Shown piece after piece: positions 26,261-40,470 of a stretch of DNA of 64,000 bases. Position 1 is the first letter of the stretch. Each line of letters begins with the position of its first letter. The DNA is from Pavona decussata (lineage: Eukaryota). Below the pieces are notes generated by a model. That model made no database searches. It was given only the letters and a program-made list of their open reading frames with translations, and was not told the origin of the DNA. Both the position numbers and the translations under genes were made by a program. The stretch spans positions 1-64,000 of the forward strand of contig CDRNST010000110.1 of assembly GCA_977016875.1 (NCBI GenBank), given 5' to 3'.

Positions 26261-27290
26261 AGAGAAACGTGTTGTATGACGCGTATGTTTGACACTGTGA
26301 CTTCTCTATTCGTGCTGGTAAATAAATGGCCATATTAGACCTCTTTCTTTGCACGTTTAGGTAAATAAATGGCCAGTATTAATTAAGCGCGGCGGTCTAC
26401 AAAATTGCGAGCCAATACAATCAGGTTTTTGTGTTTGTGTTTCCGTAAAAGACGAAGACGAAAACAATAAGGCACTATGGTGTTTCCTTTGCAGTGAACG
26501 GATGTAGATTGTAAAAGTATTTTTCCGCGTGGGGTGAAGTTGTCATTTCACAGCTTGTAAATTGAATTTTCTGAGCAGGTTGGTTTAGTGTGAAGTGATA
26601 GCCATGGCCCAGAGGTAAATCAAAAGGAAGATTGGTCCGAAAGACTGAAAATTTATCAACTGACTTGTAAAAGTAGTTTCTCGCAAAGTATTTCAGTTTT
26701 CAAGTGTGATGCGCGGGGTCATGGTGGTCTTATATTTTCTCGTTGATTATATTTAAGCCGATTCACCCTAAGTCCATTAGACTATTAGAGGTCCTTTTTT
26801 CGATAGTCACGTGCGATCACTGACGGAGAGGGCGAGCTAAGTCACGCGAGCAAGCGAAGCTGAGCGAAAACGAAATGATGCAAGGACAACTTTCGGCTGC
26901 AAAAGTTGGCTTGCTTAGGTTTGTTTTGCTGCTTCAACTAGACTATACAAAACAACAGTTTAATATTCCAACCACATATCGTTTGCCAGAACTTTTTTCA
27001 AAATCAGTTAAGAAATATCCGTATCTGCCTATCCAGAATCCTGCTCAAATCAGTCGGGACAGATGTCTATCTGGCCTCGGTGATCAACCCTTCTATTTTA
27101 CAATGTTGATGAGCAAGGGTGAATCAATGCGTTTGACGTCGCCAGCATCGAATGAAGAGTGGGGTCATCAACCAAATAAAAGACTCATAGTAAGCTAATA
27201 ATGTTGATACTGTTGAAGGCAAAGTAAATCGTCGAACCGGAAAAACTCTTTTGACTGAGTAGAGCAAACTGCCCTAAACCCTATTGGCCA

Positions 27291-27443
27291 GGCCCAAGCT
27301 GTTCAAAGAGTAGATAACTTTATCCAGCGGATTAGTCACTATCCAGTGGATAAAACGTATTGGTTGGAGTACATTAAGATTTTATCCGCTGGATAACGAT
27401 TTATCCACTGGATAGAGTTATCCGCTCTTTGAACAACCGGGGC
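27291..27443. mobile_element. Harbinger-like MITE with tatcc(a/g)(c/g)tggata subrepeats
   Basis: TIR gcccaagctgttcaaagag...ctctttgaacaaccggggc. Related pieces lie at 23590-23950 (interrupted) and 60505-60565. Confidence 0.75.
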
Positions 27444-30400
27444 AAGGGTTGCATCTAATCTTTGCAACTACCTGGGACGAAATACAGCGAAATTAAAATA
27501 CAAGAACGTGATTTGTTTTCTTCTTCTCTCCACACATTCCGTGTTAAATTTACATTTCTCTTGAACGTATGACTGTCACGAAAAGGCTACAAGCGGACTT
27601 TATCTGCTTGTTTGAAATGGCGATATTTGGAAAATAAGTGTTAGACCTCACACGTACTTGAGCGTATACAGGAAATTGAGCGCATATTCAACCAGGAAAG
27701 CTTTTCTATGATACTTCGTATCTATCCGCCCACAAGTTGAACATCCGATGGACGATAATTATATGCCCACAGAGGCAAAGGAAGCAGTTTCCTTTTGAGT
27801 AAACAGACTTGAAACAATGATATGGGCTTGGCAGAAAGGAAAATTCCAACACGATTTAAGATTGAGAATCTTCCACTGAAACCCAAGTTTTCAGGCTGAA
27901 ATTTCTCGGTCAAAGTTTCCTGTAGGTTTTCAACATAACCTTTGAAAAGAGTGGTAACTAAAACAAGGCAGTACAATACGAGTTTGTTGTTAAAGAAATT
28001 TGTCACACTTTTCTTGTTGACTGCGCCATTTCAAATCACTAGGGAAAATCGTTATATCTCCTCTTAAATCTATTCTGATGTCACTGAGATATGTTCCAAC
28101 GAACAGGAGCAATTCTACAGCAACTCTTTCAACCGAAATTATGTTTTTTGCTTTTATAACTCAGACTACTGAATTTCAGAACCAGTAATGTTTGAAATTG
28201 CCATATGATATGAGATTTTAGAGTCATGAGTCATTCATAAAAGTGCACTTCCTGATCAGCCTGCGGTTTGGTTTGCGTGTCGAAATAAAACAGAAGCCTT
28301 TATAAACGGTTTGATGTACTGGTATACGTGGCAGGTAAACTTTAAGAAGCAGTTGCAACGCAGAATTTATTGACCAGTTTAGCCTTTGGAACTTATACTA
28401 TTGATAATATTCGTCGTTGGAGAAAAATGAGCACGTTTTAAAAAAAGAATCTATCGACTATCAGATTTGCGGTTTGGCGAGCGGGGTCGGAAGATGGCAG
28501 GGGCCCTACGGGAACTATAGAAGGCGGAGAACGGGGGCGATAAAACTCCGCTTGTCTTAAACCTTCCGGCCATTTCGCCCTTCGTACTCCTAGTTCCGAA
28601 TGTTTTGTTTCCGGCATTAAAATCAACCACCTTTGTCAGGGATGTGCGGATTGTCGCACAGATCGCCTTTTTACAGAGCTTTTTAGTGGTTACAGCTCGA
28701 ATGAACCTGTGTTAGTACGTGTCTGATTGGTGTTTTTCGTTTGTAATCTGTTTGGTTGTCCACTAAACTACACGTACGCGTTGTTTACGCGGACGAGAAC
28801 TCAACGAACATCGTATGCGCCTCATTTTCCATATTTTCATTATAGACGTTAGCCTCGTAATGTTTAATAGAAACTGAGCAAAACAGTCTTGAACCTTATT
28901 CCATAAACCTGCCATCAAGGACAAAAGGGTTGGGACAAATTCACATTTACGATGTTTCCTCAGTGCGCACGCGACAGAAACACGGTACGTGCGAACGTAA
29001 AATCTCCTTTTCCCGACCTCCACCCCGTTACAATGTTAAGCCCATGTAAGGCAAACGAGAAGACGACTTCAACATTGCATTGGGGGAGGGTGTGGGGGAG
29101 TAAAATGCGTTGTAAAGGGATAATATGTCTTCTTTAGTTAGGTCACTTTGTAACATTTGTCAGTGCCAAACCCTTTTGTCTTTAATCGTAGATATGAAAA
29201 GTACTTAAATTGTAGTCTTTGCTGTTATTGTTGTTACTTGTCAGGTGACCGGACCGACTCAGCCAATTGTCCTCTCAGAGAAATCTTTCCTTTACATCTG
29301 ATTTTCTGCCATACTTCATTTTAAAACAATGAGTCTGTTTGTTACTGTACTGCCTACTTTATCACATACTTCCATCCAAATCTTATATTTTAATTGCTCA
29401 ATTAGCACCTGAGTATAAAAACTGGTGTCTGAATACCACCCACGAGAATTGTTATCGTTTAATTGATAAATGGAGACCTGCAAAAAGTCAAAAATAGTTA
29501 AATAACGAGTTTAAAATTTCTTGAAAATATCAAAGACCTTTTAAATAACTAAATAAATATCGTACCTTCCTTGATGTCTATAACAGATTAATTATCCAAA
29601 ACAATACATTTGCAAAAGTTTCGCATTTTTTGTCCTTTCCAGAGAATAAATGTTTAATCCAATTATTCAGGTTTCGAGAAAGGTTGAGAAAGACAAAACT
29701 TCGTCTTATGAATGCCAAGGGCCAGTAGAAGACGACTGTGATCATGAACAAATTAGACTTCGTTCTTCATCTCATTCTTGATGGGGCGGGAAAAATATGC
29801 AAGAATATAATTGGTTAGTTAGTCCTCTTGTCATGTTTTGACATAATTTGGCAGCTGCAAAGTCCTATTACGCGATAATTTTCAGCCACCCATCTGGAAA
29901 ACTTTAATTTTGGAGCTGTGAGAATGTTTTTCTTTGGGCTTTGTTTTATTCGTCTAAAAGAAAAAGAATCTTCACGCCGCAGATTTTATCGCTTTTGTCG
30001 GCAAAGGTATAGCTATAGGCTAACCCTGTTATATATATAGCTGTCACAACTTTGTTGCTATTGCGCAAGCGATATCTCAAGTTTTTGTGATATTGCCGTT
30101 TGTATAGTGCAGGTCGGGGTGTGTTTGTACATGGCGCATTTTCATAGATAAAAGATGCTTTCCACTGCATTGAGATCATGCAAAAAGAAATAGTAACATC
30201 CTTGTAAACTGTAATAGATTTTGGCAGAAGTGTCTATAGAATATATCTAGTTTGCAATTACACGCAAAGGCACAGATGGTAACAATTACTAGCATCTTTG
30301 GTCATCTTTGTTGATCGAGCGGGGAAATGTGTTGTCGTCGAAAACTGCCCACAGAATGGAATCGGTCGCTGCGACCGTTGGCTATGCCGGCATGTCGTGC

Positions 30401-32753
30401 GAGGCTGTAGTTGCAGTTGACAAAATACTCAAGTCTTTTCAGTTCACGCAACTGTTCATAGCAATCAACAGTTATTGAGCATCCCTAAAAATTGAAGAGT
30501 CGGTAAAACGCAAAAATTCAAAGACCACTATCTGAAAAATCAAGATATTAGTATCGACGGTTTTCTTTGACAGCACTTCGAGAGTTGCAAAAACAAAGAA
30601 GCGCTTTCGGAACAAAAAGAAAAGAATGACTGACTGTCAGATTGAGATGTTATCGTGTTCCCATAACAACAGCACTCGATGGGTTTATTTACCCAAGATG
30701 TACTTGCGATACCGGGTTTGCTAACTTTGATCTGGTGCTGGGAATATTTCTGGGTTGATAATCTGTCTGGAAAGGATACGATTAACTGGCAGACAAAATA
30801 TACCTGCGGTAGCCTTGGTGCTAAGGATTCAATGAAAATGGCAATTGATTTGAAAAGAAATAATATTGATACGTGCTCAGAACAAAGCTGTCGGTATTGC
30901 GTTTTGCATTGTCGTGCGGTAGTTAAGATAAAATCGGAGTTGTCACATTGCCACGCCCAAAGGTACGCGTTTGATGAGTAATTTTAGAACTTCGAGTGGG
31001 ATGGTGCAAACATAGCTACGTAAAGATAAACAAATTTATCGAACATTAGCCTTGGGTCTGCGATAAAGTGCACACAATCATAGATTGCATTGTTATCGGG
31101 TTGTGCGTGAAGTATGCTGTTTTGGAGATTGGAGTAACGGTTCGTGATCCGAGCAAGAACGAGAAACTGAATTTTAAACAACGACATTGCCCAAGGTGTG
31201 TTTTTGTGAAAGAAACGTAAGTTAAACAACTGTGTTTGTTATAGTTAGTGGACTACGGTAAATAGGTTTGTTTTGTAACATAAACTGTTTCGCTTTAGCT
31301 AGCGTGCTGTTAGCATCATCTTGTGTCTTGAATTCGCAGTTCTCCATTACCTGTTCGGTTGTTCGGCTCAATGATGCAGCTTTAGAGCGTCTAACAATTG
31401 CTCCACAGGTTCCCAAAGCCTTGTTATGTGCAAAGTGAGTGCTAAATTGGCAAAATTCCCTGGATAATAATGGTTTAGCAAATTAAATACTTGTATCAAC
31501 AATTGCGCTGTGGAAGTCTGTGGTTAGGCTAAACCCGCCAGGCGTTCAACCTTGGCTTCGAAAACCTACGATATAACCACTAGCAAAAAGGCACAAATGA
31601 TGGACACGACGATGTGAAGTTGAATGTAGGTCTCATAAATTAGAATTTTGATGGCCTTTCTAAACTTAGCAAGATTGGGCTTGAGTCGCCATGCTGTCGG
31701 TCCGGATGCAGATGTAAGATTTAAGTATGGAAGTGTTTAGCGGTTTAGCACCAACTTAAAAACTTGTCAATTTTTTAAGCTGACAGTTATTAACGAGCGC
31801 TACTATCAGCACTCGACATTTTGAACTATTTCTTTCGATATTGATCTTACACGATTCACTATCGATTAGAAACTAACATTCCGAGTACGATTTCCCGGCG
31901 AGTATGCGCATTTGGGACGAATAATCATGCGAGAGTAATAGAATTAGACTACGATTCCGAGTTTTTTCTATAATGTTTCAATGATCGATTTAGATAGTCA
32001 CGGAGTTTACTCTTGTTCGGAGCAGACGTCTGATGGCCGAGTACACCACTAAAAAAAATTATTGTTTGTTAGAAAAACAATTTTTATTGCAACCTCCAGT
32101 GACAGCTAAAACAAGTAAAAGCTACTTGCCTTTGGACGTGAACTTTATAATGTAAGAAGCTTTAAGTTTTCAGCGACGGCATTACGTTTTGGTGGAGGAT
32201 TTGACTGTTTTGACTGTTCTTTCCCAATTTTTGGGCGGAGCGGAACAGTGCGCCTCACATGCTAGTGTTTGAGTGAGGCGAGGAGAAAATTCAAGCTTTT
32301 GAATCAACTTCGCGGTTTTTCCAACTCGTTCAATTAGTACAACGAGGGTGAACTATACAGGAACTAAATTGGTAAGGATGGCGTTCAAATCAAGAAAGAG
32401 AACGAAAAAATTGCCGTCGTCTGCTCGTGCTTTCCACGAAATCTTGAATTTGGCCATTTCACGTTGTTGTTTTGCAAAGAAATGTACCTAAATTCATAGC
32501 ACTTGCTGAGAGGTAAAGTTGAGTTTTTTTTTTCTTTTCCGTTTCCCAGCATGTTTTGTAATTTATTGTAATTTTTTTTTCCATTATGTTCTCCGGCTCG
32601 TCTTGTCCCGCCTCGACTAGCTTTGTGGCTATTTGCGGGACAAGCAATTTATATCAGAATTTGCTGTTGTTAAAAAAAGAGACGTGCTCGGCAGGTTTTA
32701 CTCATAAGTCTTTTGTTTTGTGGTTTCTCGCTGTCATTGCCGTCGCCTATTCA

Positions 32754-33140
32754 AGGGGCTGTTTACATGAAGTGAGGAAGGTCCTAGAACTACGAAGATC
32801 CTAGAAGGCGAAACAAACTTTTCGCTTAGTTTAGCTGACGCAGAAATTTCGGTCGGGGTGGCTACCATGTGGAGAAGCCGGAAAGCAAGACGAAATTGTC
32901 GGCCACGCCCGGCCGCCGCCATGTTTGTTTTTCTTGTTCTAGGACCTTCCGAGCGAAGGTAGTTTACATGTTGCTAGGATCTTCCTAGAATCTGTCGCTT
33001 GCAGGATCCTAGCGCTAGGGCCAAGTACGACATTTTGCGCGCATGTAAACTGAATACAGAAAACATATGGCGCTAGGATGAGCCGCCTTCTAGGATATTC
33101 CTAGTGCTAGGATCTTCCCCCCTCTATGTGAACAGCCCCT
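32754..33140. mobile_element. MITE with aggggctgtttacat TIRs and tcctag/ctagga subrepeats
   Basis: aggggctgtttacat...atgtgaacagcccct. It abuts a degenerate copy (~32300-32750) of the 48912 family. Confidence 0.75.
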
Positions 33141-36100
33141 TATAAAGGCAAGTGGAACAATGAACCTATTCATTATGACATGAATCCAAAACAAACAAGT
33201 GAATCCTTACAGACAAACTGCAAAACACGAGGGAAATCGTACTGAGCGCGGGAAAAGTTATATACCACTAACAATCGTTATTATAGCAACAAAAACAAAA
33301 ACAGAAACAGCTAATAAACAAATAAACAAGTGTTTTTTTTTTTTTGCTTTTTTAGGTTAGCATTGTATACGTTGTACGAGTTAGACGGTTTCCAGGGTAA
33401 AGTGTAGTCAATGAGAGGCGCTAAGTCACGGGAGTTTTTTTGCGCGTGCATACTTCTCCACCCGCTCTCCAAGAAACAGCTTGCTCGCAGGCTAACACCA
33501 AGTAGATACAAAAACAAACGCTTTTTTTAGTACGTTTGTTTATAACATGCGTAAAAAGAAAATTTAATCAAAGTGAAAGCAACATAACACTCGAGTACTG
33601 GCTCGTGTCCGCTTGCAAGATGTAATTAATCACCATCGGCCTTTTTGACTTCAAGAACATTTTTTTTAAAATCAATCGACTGATTAACATTTGGTTCCCA
33701 GGTTAGTTGGCAAACGACCATAACTAAGAGAGCCTCTTAACCTTAAGTGACCTGCTCTGAGCAAAACAGGAAATGTCCATGCTTATCGTCATCTTGCTTA
33801 CAACTTCAAATGGAGGGTTTGATTTCTGTCCTTAGTACGTGATTTCAGATTTACAATTTGTATACTACTTTGTGCAACTTTACTACTGACCGCGAGAAAA
33901 GAGCTGTCTGTATATCTGTATTTGACGTCGACCATGACGCATAAAAGAACGTACAATACCTCCATTGTTTTAACAAACGAATTAACTCAAGCTCAGTGTG
34001 GTCTAAAACGTAAAACGCGGTCTTCTTTGGCGGTGATTTCATTTCGTCCCAGAAAATCGTTTGTTTTTCCATTGCCGGAATTCATCAATGGAAACTAAAT
34101 TGCGAATACCAAATACCAACATGTACTCGACAAAGCATCATGTCCTGCCGGGGGTGGGTTGGGGATGGCGTGAGAACCCAATACAAAAGCGAAGGTCAGG
34201 GGTAATTAAGGTATACTCGTTGAAAATTTGTCAGGAACTCCTAAAAGGCAGCCAAATTTCGTTTTTGTGGTTGTTGCTGAAATTCATCATTACCCATGGG
34301 GTAACAACTTTGTCACCATTTTGTTGGCAATAAACTCGGTTGCATCGAAAACATACTCTACCGTTTTTTTTTTCACGACTTATAAATTAATTAATTGTAG
34401 GCATTGTTGAATTTTACCCTTTATGTCCCCAATGTCAACATGTATCTTCTTCTCACTATTTCCTCTATATTTAATGCTACCCGTTAGGAGAATTTCTTTA
34501 AAAAATCAAAGCAATTCATCTTCAGTTTTGGTCATTTCGTTTACTCTCGGACCTGTAGGTTTGGCTTGTAGGAAAGTGTGAGATAACATTAATAAAATGG
34601 CGTGCCAATTTTTTTGTTGCATGCACCGTGGCACTATCTAATTAGATCATTAACGGCTTATTATTGCTAAGGGTCACCGATCACTAAGCCTAAGTCCTTC
34701 CTGAGATTGGGGAAAATCATCAGGATAACGTGGGATAATTGTTTATCAAGAACGGCTGGATGATGTGGAATATTTTATCATGTTTTAACCGAGAGTTTTC
34801 TGAAAAGTTCAACATCTCTGTTGTTGTTTTTAACTTCATTGCAATTTTCTCTTGTCATTGCTTATAAATTAAAATGTTTATGTCAAGCATGAAATAATTT
34901 ATGCCATATTGTCAAGTGTTTGTCGTTTTAGCTATAAAGAATGATGCTTTAATTTCTTGGTAGTTTCAATCCTAAACTGGGCCTCGAAGTTTGTCCAAGT
35001 CGTTCTTTGTCCAAGAAGATAAATTGCGGCTAGGTTTCTAAAGTAAGTTTCTCTCTCTGTATTCTTCTAAGAAGATAAACATCAAAATATGTTCTGATCT
35101 AGTTTTTGTAAATGGGATATGTAAATCAAGAAACAATTCATCTCATTTTATCGACTGTTCTGTTTTACATCTGCTAAAAATAAAATGGCATCTTTTGTTT
35201 CTTGGTAGTTTTAACCTCGTAATTTGTTCAAGTTGATCTTTATCCGAGATGATAAATCAACGTATTTTTTTTCATTATCTTTCTATTTTTTTGGGGACAA
35301 AATCCTCAAAATCTGTTGCAGTTTTTTTTACACAGGTCGATTTGATAAGTTAAAGTTCATAAGCTCAAAAGGGAATTAATCTTAAGGCTGATGGAACTAA
35401 AGCATATCACTCTTTTTAAAATCATATAACTTTTAGATTTCAGCGCATGATACTTCGATAATTTTGCCGTATTCGGGACTACCACAAGAAAACCTGAATT
35501 CTTGTAGAAAAGGCTTCATTTTTGCAAAATATTTTTCTGTGATGGAATCCAGGCAGGTTATTTTACGTATCTTTTGTCCACTAACCCTTGACTCCCCGCA
35601 TGGAGGTCGAGTTGTGTCGCGTATGCGATAAAATGAGTTTTGCACGCAATGTTTTAGCCGTTGCGTGACCACGCATCACTCTTTCCACTAGTCACGTCAT
35701 CTTTCCAACTCGTAATTTGTCGGCTGTGAGCAATTGCAAAATGTATTTTGACGTTTTCGTTTAATAAACCGTGAAAACGTTGGCTGTATTTTAGTGTAAT
35801 TGCCTTAATTATTTGAGGTATTCAATTGCGCTCGATTTAGTAGCGGTAACAGTAATCATTTTACTCAATTTTACCGCAAGTCTGAAGCGTTGAAAAGTAA
35901 TCATGACTGGATCAATAAATGAAATTTGATTTTGTTTTCTTTATTTGGCGCCAATGAGCATTCAGTTGTGTCGATACAATTAGACAACACTCGATCTATC
36001 CTTTGTTCTTGAGTATCTGATTCCGAAGGGGGCGGATGTGGGGAGATTTTCTACCCCTATGTGAGCCATTTAGGTATGCCAGCCATAAAGGGCTTGGGTT

Positions 36101-37745
36101 TAGGTCTTGGTTGTCCTAAGAAGGGCACAGCCTTGCCCACTGATATGAAGTGTGGTGTACCAATAAGAGGAATAGTCTGCACGCACCCACGCAATTATGG
36201 AAAAAGAAATCGCTTCAATTTCCCTCACATCAAAATATGGAGAATAGAGAACAGACGTTACTTTGGGTGAAGCGCGCGAGAGAACTCGAGCTTGTTATGA
36301 TATTTATGCGCTGTGTGCTGTCTTGCTAATTGCTCCGCGATGAATTAGTTACAGACGAACGTCAATCACATTGCTAAACTAAAAACCACAGGAAGTTACT
36401 CAAATTCTGCTGTTCAATTGTTTGGGGTCAAAAAGCTAATTCACTGCCTTCCTTTACTAAAACGCGAAACAAAAAAAGCAACTGTTTTCTTTTGGGTCAA
36501 TTTCTGCATCGGATCTGCCCTTACAATTGATCGCGTCCACAATCAACCTGTTTTGAATCATTGCGTGACTTTATGAGTTACGTCAGAGAAAATTAATCAC
36601 TTCCGGTCATTGGCCATGAGGACTTTTATTAGCACATGCACTTGAAGGTTCACTTTGAACAATCATGTTTACGCGAAGTATTTGTTTTAGCATTTTGTTT
36701 TCATATAAACGTCTGGTTATTTTTTTTTAAGCTATTTGGTCGCTCCTGCATCTTGCGGCAAATCTTTTGCAATTCGGTCTCATCTAGTGGCAGAAAGTCC
36801 TTAAAAAAAAAGCAAATACAAAGAGGTTAAGAAAATATAATTTGAGACGCTTCGACGGCGGGACACGTTTTTAAGAACTAAACTGTTTAAAGTCGATAAA
36901 GAGATCCATTGGAGAGGAAAACAATTCGCGGTTTCTAAGTCGAACCATTTCAAAGTAAGAAATCGTCGATTAAAGCGAATAACATCCATTTTATGAACGC
37001 CAAACAAGTTACAGCTGTTTTCAACTGAGAAGGTGGATTATTTTTTTTGCGTTTTCTCCTCTACCCCGCCCCCTTTCGACAAAGGTTCGCACAAATCCCC
37101 TGAACAGAATAAATTGTCTAAAAACGTAGTCTAATAAGGTTCATCTTTTGTCATGAAACTAGTGGACTGCATTGACGCAAAGGAAGCCCGTGGATTTTAA
37201 ATTATTTCGCTCTCGGGACCATTATTTTCATTCCTAGCGTGAACCTTCGGGTTTCATTTTCTCGTGACAGATCTCCTGCGACATCCCCATAGGAAGTCGA
37301 GCCTCAAAACATCTGGAGCATATTGACTAGCTATCATCACTTTATGATTACTGAGACAAGCGAAAGATCGAATGAAAAAAAGTTTCATTGAAGCGTCGCT
37401 TCTCCGATTTCCCCGACTGTACACACTCGACAGAGCGCAAAAATCTGATTACGGAATCAGCAGTGGTTTGCTAAACCATTTTGAGGTGCACACGAGGTTT
37501 TAAAAGGGTTTTTCACAAGTTATGTTAGCGATTTGTAGAAAAAGGATTACAAGGAGATTTAGTATTAATGTAATATGCTTAACAGCTTGGCTTTAGACAA
37601 GATACTAGCTTGTTAGCTTGTACTTCAAGCGTATAAATTGGGCTGTGCCTCAGGTAACGGTTTGTTAGGAACGAAAGGTTCAATTTGACAAGTTATTGAG
37701 CGTTCTTTAAAGTTTTATATTCACAGAATTGGTTTTGTTTTTCAG

Positions 37746-37940
37746 ATGAACGAGATGCGTGCTTCGGGAGCCACTCGCAATCCACGAGCGTCTACGAAGC
37801 AAAACGAAATGCCGCGAGAACTCGGGATTTGTTGCGAGAAATGCAATAATCGGCTTGTGGAGTTGAAACGACAAGTTATGAGGCTGATTTTGCCGGAGAT
37901 TCAAGGAGTTTTACAGAGTCAGCGAAAGAGTAAAAATACG
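37746..37940 (+). CDS. KIF26: KIF26 coding exon 1 (MNEMRASG...CCEKCNNRLVELKRQVMRLILPEIQ...KNT)
   Basis: Polypyrimidine tract and ttcag immediately before ATG. 195 nt, donor ACG|gtatgt, phase 0. CEKCNNRLVELKRQ matches the conserved KIF26A/B N-terminal motif. Confidence 0.88.
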
Positions 37941-40159
37941 GTATGTTTAGATTTAATTCCCTTATGCTGATTATTTGTCGCGAAACTTTAGCCCAGTAGC
38001 ACCCTAGTGGGAATGAATATTTCAATCATCTTCACTGATATATGGCTTGTAGCAAGAGTAAATGATGGTAGAACTTTCATTAATAAGTTTATTGATTATT
38101 GACTTTCTTGTTAGCGTTTACAATGAGGTGAGAACAACATGGTTGGAAGCACTTTTTCCAGTGAGGAATGGTTAATTATTTCACTAACTCGATAATTCCA
38201 ATTATCGTCCCTTTAGGCAAAAATGTCAACCGCGTTTAATATTCCCGGCAAGCTCAAAATGTTTTCCCCTTGAAACCAGGAAACCTCTAATGTTTTTTTA
38301 ACAGTTCAGTGAGAACGTTAAAGTTAACCGAAGAGTGCACAGTGCTGATGTTAGAAAACCAGTTGTTATTTCAAAACCCTTTTTTCGAGTGCTCAGTGAA
38401 AATTGTTTTTCTTTCATTCTCAAGTACTTGAAAGTTTAAAACGTGCGCGAAAGCATACCCCGCTTTGATAAGATTAAGCCGTTGAGTGAATGAATGGGAG
38501 AAAAAGAAACGTGATTGAAAATCTTCGTTTAACATTATCTGTTTTTCCCCCGTAATCCTTTAAAACATCAAAGGGCTTCTTCCTGTTTGAAAAACACTTC
38601 TTCGCCGGAAAGATGCAAAAATTTTCGTGATTTTCAAGAAGTGTTTAATGACCCCTTATCAGTTATAGCTCGATTACCATATTACTGCTATGTTAAGAAT
38701 GGATTTAACGAGATATGGAAATACACAAATATTTCAACAATAACATTTCCTTAAGTTAGCAGCGGGATTTTAACCGAAACATTTCGCACATTTGCAAATT
38801 AAAGGTGCGCCCTTGAAAAGCTTCAGGTATTTTACAAATATTTAAACCGTGTAAAGTAGCAAAAAGAAAAAGAAAGAAAATTCTCTTCATCCTTAAAACA
38901 GATCGGTGATCATTATTAATTTATGTAATAAATATCAAACGGTGAAATATTGTGCCATATTTTGTGGAAAGATTGATTTTGGATATTTAAGCCGTGAGAT
39001 ATTCCCAATACCCTCGGGCAAGCATACAACCCAGAAATGGTTAATAACGTTTTACGAAGACAGCAATTGTTCATATAAATTAGTTCTGCTTAAATTTCTC
39101 CAACCTGAGCCAAATTTTAAAAAAGGTTCAATCCTTTTTGGGTTTTACCCGATTTCCGAGCTTGAAAAAGGACAAAGTGTTCATTTTCGTTGCATGAAGA
39201 TGCATTGTAATGAAGTATACGTATTAAAGTCAGTCAAACCAATTACTGACACATTTTTGTGGCTGATCGATTCTTGATTTTCTTGAACGTGCATGTGGCA
39301 TCTTGCTGAGATTCCGTCTCAAAGATGTGAACAGAACATTTTAAACATGCTCCAAAAAAGCCAAATCTTTTGAAATTTCGTAAGGGTGGATCAATTGACT
39401 GTGTAATAGTTTGAAACTATAGAAACCAATTATTGAGAACTGGACTTTTCGGTGATTTAATATAACAGGAAAGCATTTTACAGAAGGTGACTTTTGTAAA
39501 CGAAATTTTCGAACTGTCTCTAAAAGAGTTCACTTCTCGCGCGATTAAACAAAATCATATTCAAATCGAGGAAAATATGAACCAAAGTGAACAGGTTCCT
39601 GTCATTTAATTGTTTTCATCATTACGTAACTGAGATAGCGGGTTTTCCGGCTTTAATACGACGTCCATGTATAGTCAAAACAAGAAATGAGAGAGAAATG
39701 TTACTGATCAGCCAACAGTTTCATAGTATGTTCGAAAAAATGCCGTTTTCAGCATTTTCATTGCTTTTCTCTTTGTGCTTTTTGCGTCGCAGGTAGTTTA
39801 GGGTTCACATCTGTCAACCCAAAACGATTGAACTTTTCTATGACCTTTTTTTTCTGCTGTGAAATGTGATTCTTAATACATTGAAAGCATTTTTGTTTTG
39901 TTTTGAAAAGTTCATTGTTCAAGAAGCACTGTTTATTGTTTTATTCAAGGTGCTTTTTTTTTTTTAGACAAATTTAGACGATAGAGTTTCTTTTGAAAAA
40001 GCACAAAGTGTTACGTTACTGTTTCCTGTAGAAAGTGTTTTCAGCTGCAAGCAGTGAAAGGCTAAAACCACAAAGTGTCGCCATTGATTGCGAAGCAAAT
40101 GAATTTGCCGCTGTCCTCATGACTGATGTTTTGCTGTCGTTAGGTGGCTTCTTGAGCCT

Positions 40160-40470
40160 TTGAATGAAAGCTACTTAGCAGTACTTCCCTGTGGTGCTGT
40201 TTATTATGCTGTACAAGGTGGTTCTACTTTCGGGTTGGGAATGAAATCCTAAGGTGTGACCATTTTTAAAAATGAAAGCGACTGAGCATAGACAAAGTGG
40301 TTCTAACTTTTGAGTTTGTGGATCAAATCCTTAAGTTCGACCATTCAATGAGCAACGGAGCAGTACTCTCTTTGCGGCTGTTTTATTAATGTTATGAACT
40401 ATAAGGTGGTGCAAACTGGTGAGTTTGTGGACGAAATTTTAAAGTGTGACTATCCAAAAGAAAGCAATTA
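40160..40470 (+). repeat. Degenerate 106-bp repeat array (~3 units) in KIF26 intron 1
   Basis: aatgaaagctacttagcagtacttccctgtggtgctgtttattatgctgtacaaggtggttc. Further remnants near 57230-57320 and 60360-60500. Confidence 0.8.

Noticed and set aside
38906-39277. 123-aa intronic ORF
   Set aside because: Non-ATG start, AT-rich composition, no recognisable motif and no convincing splice signals.
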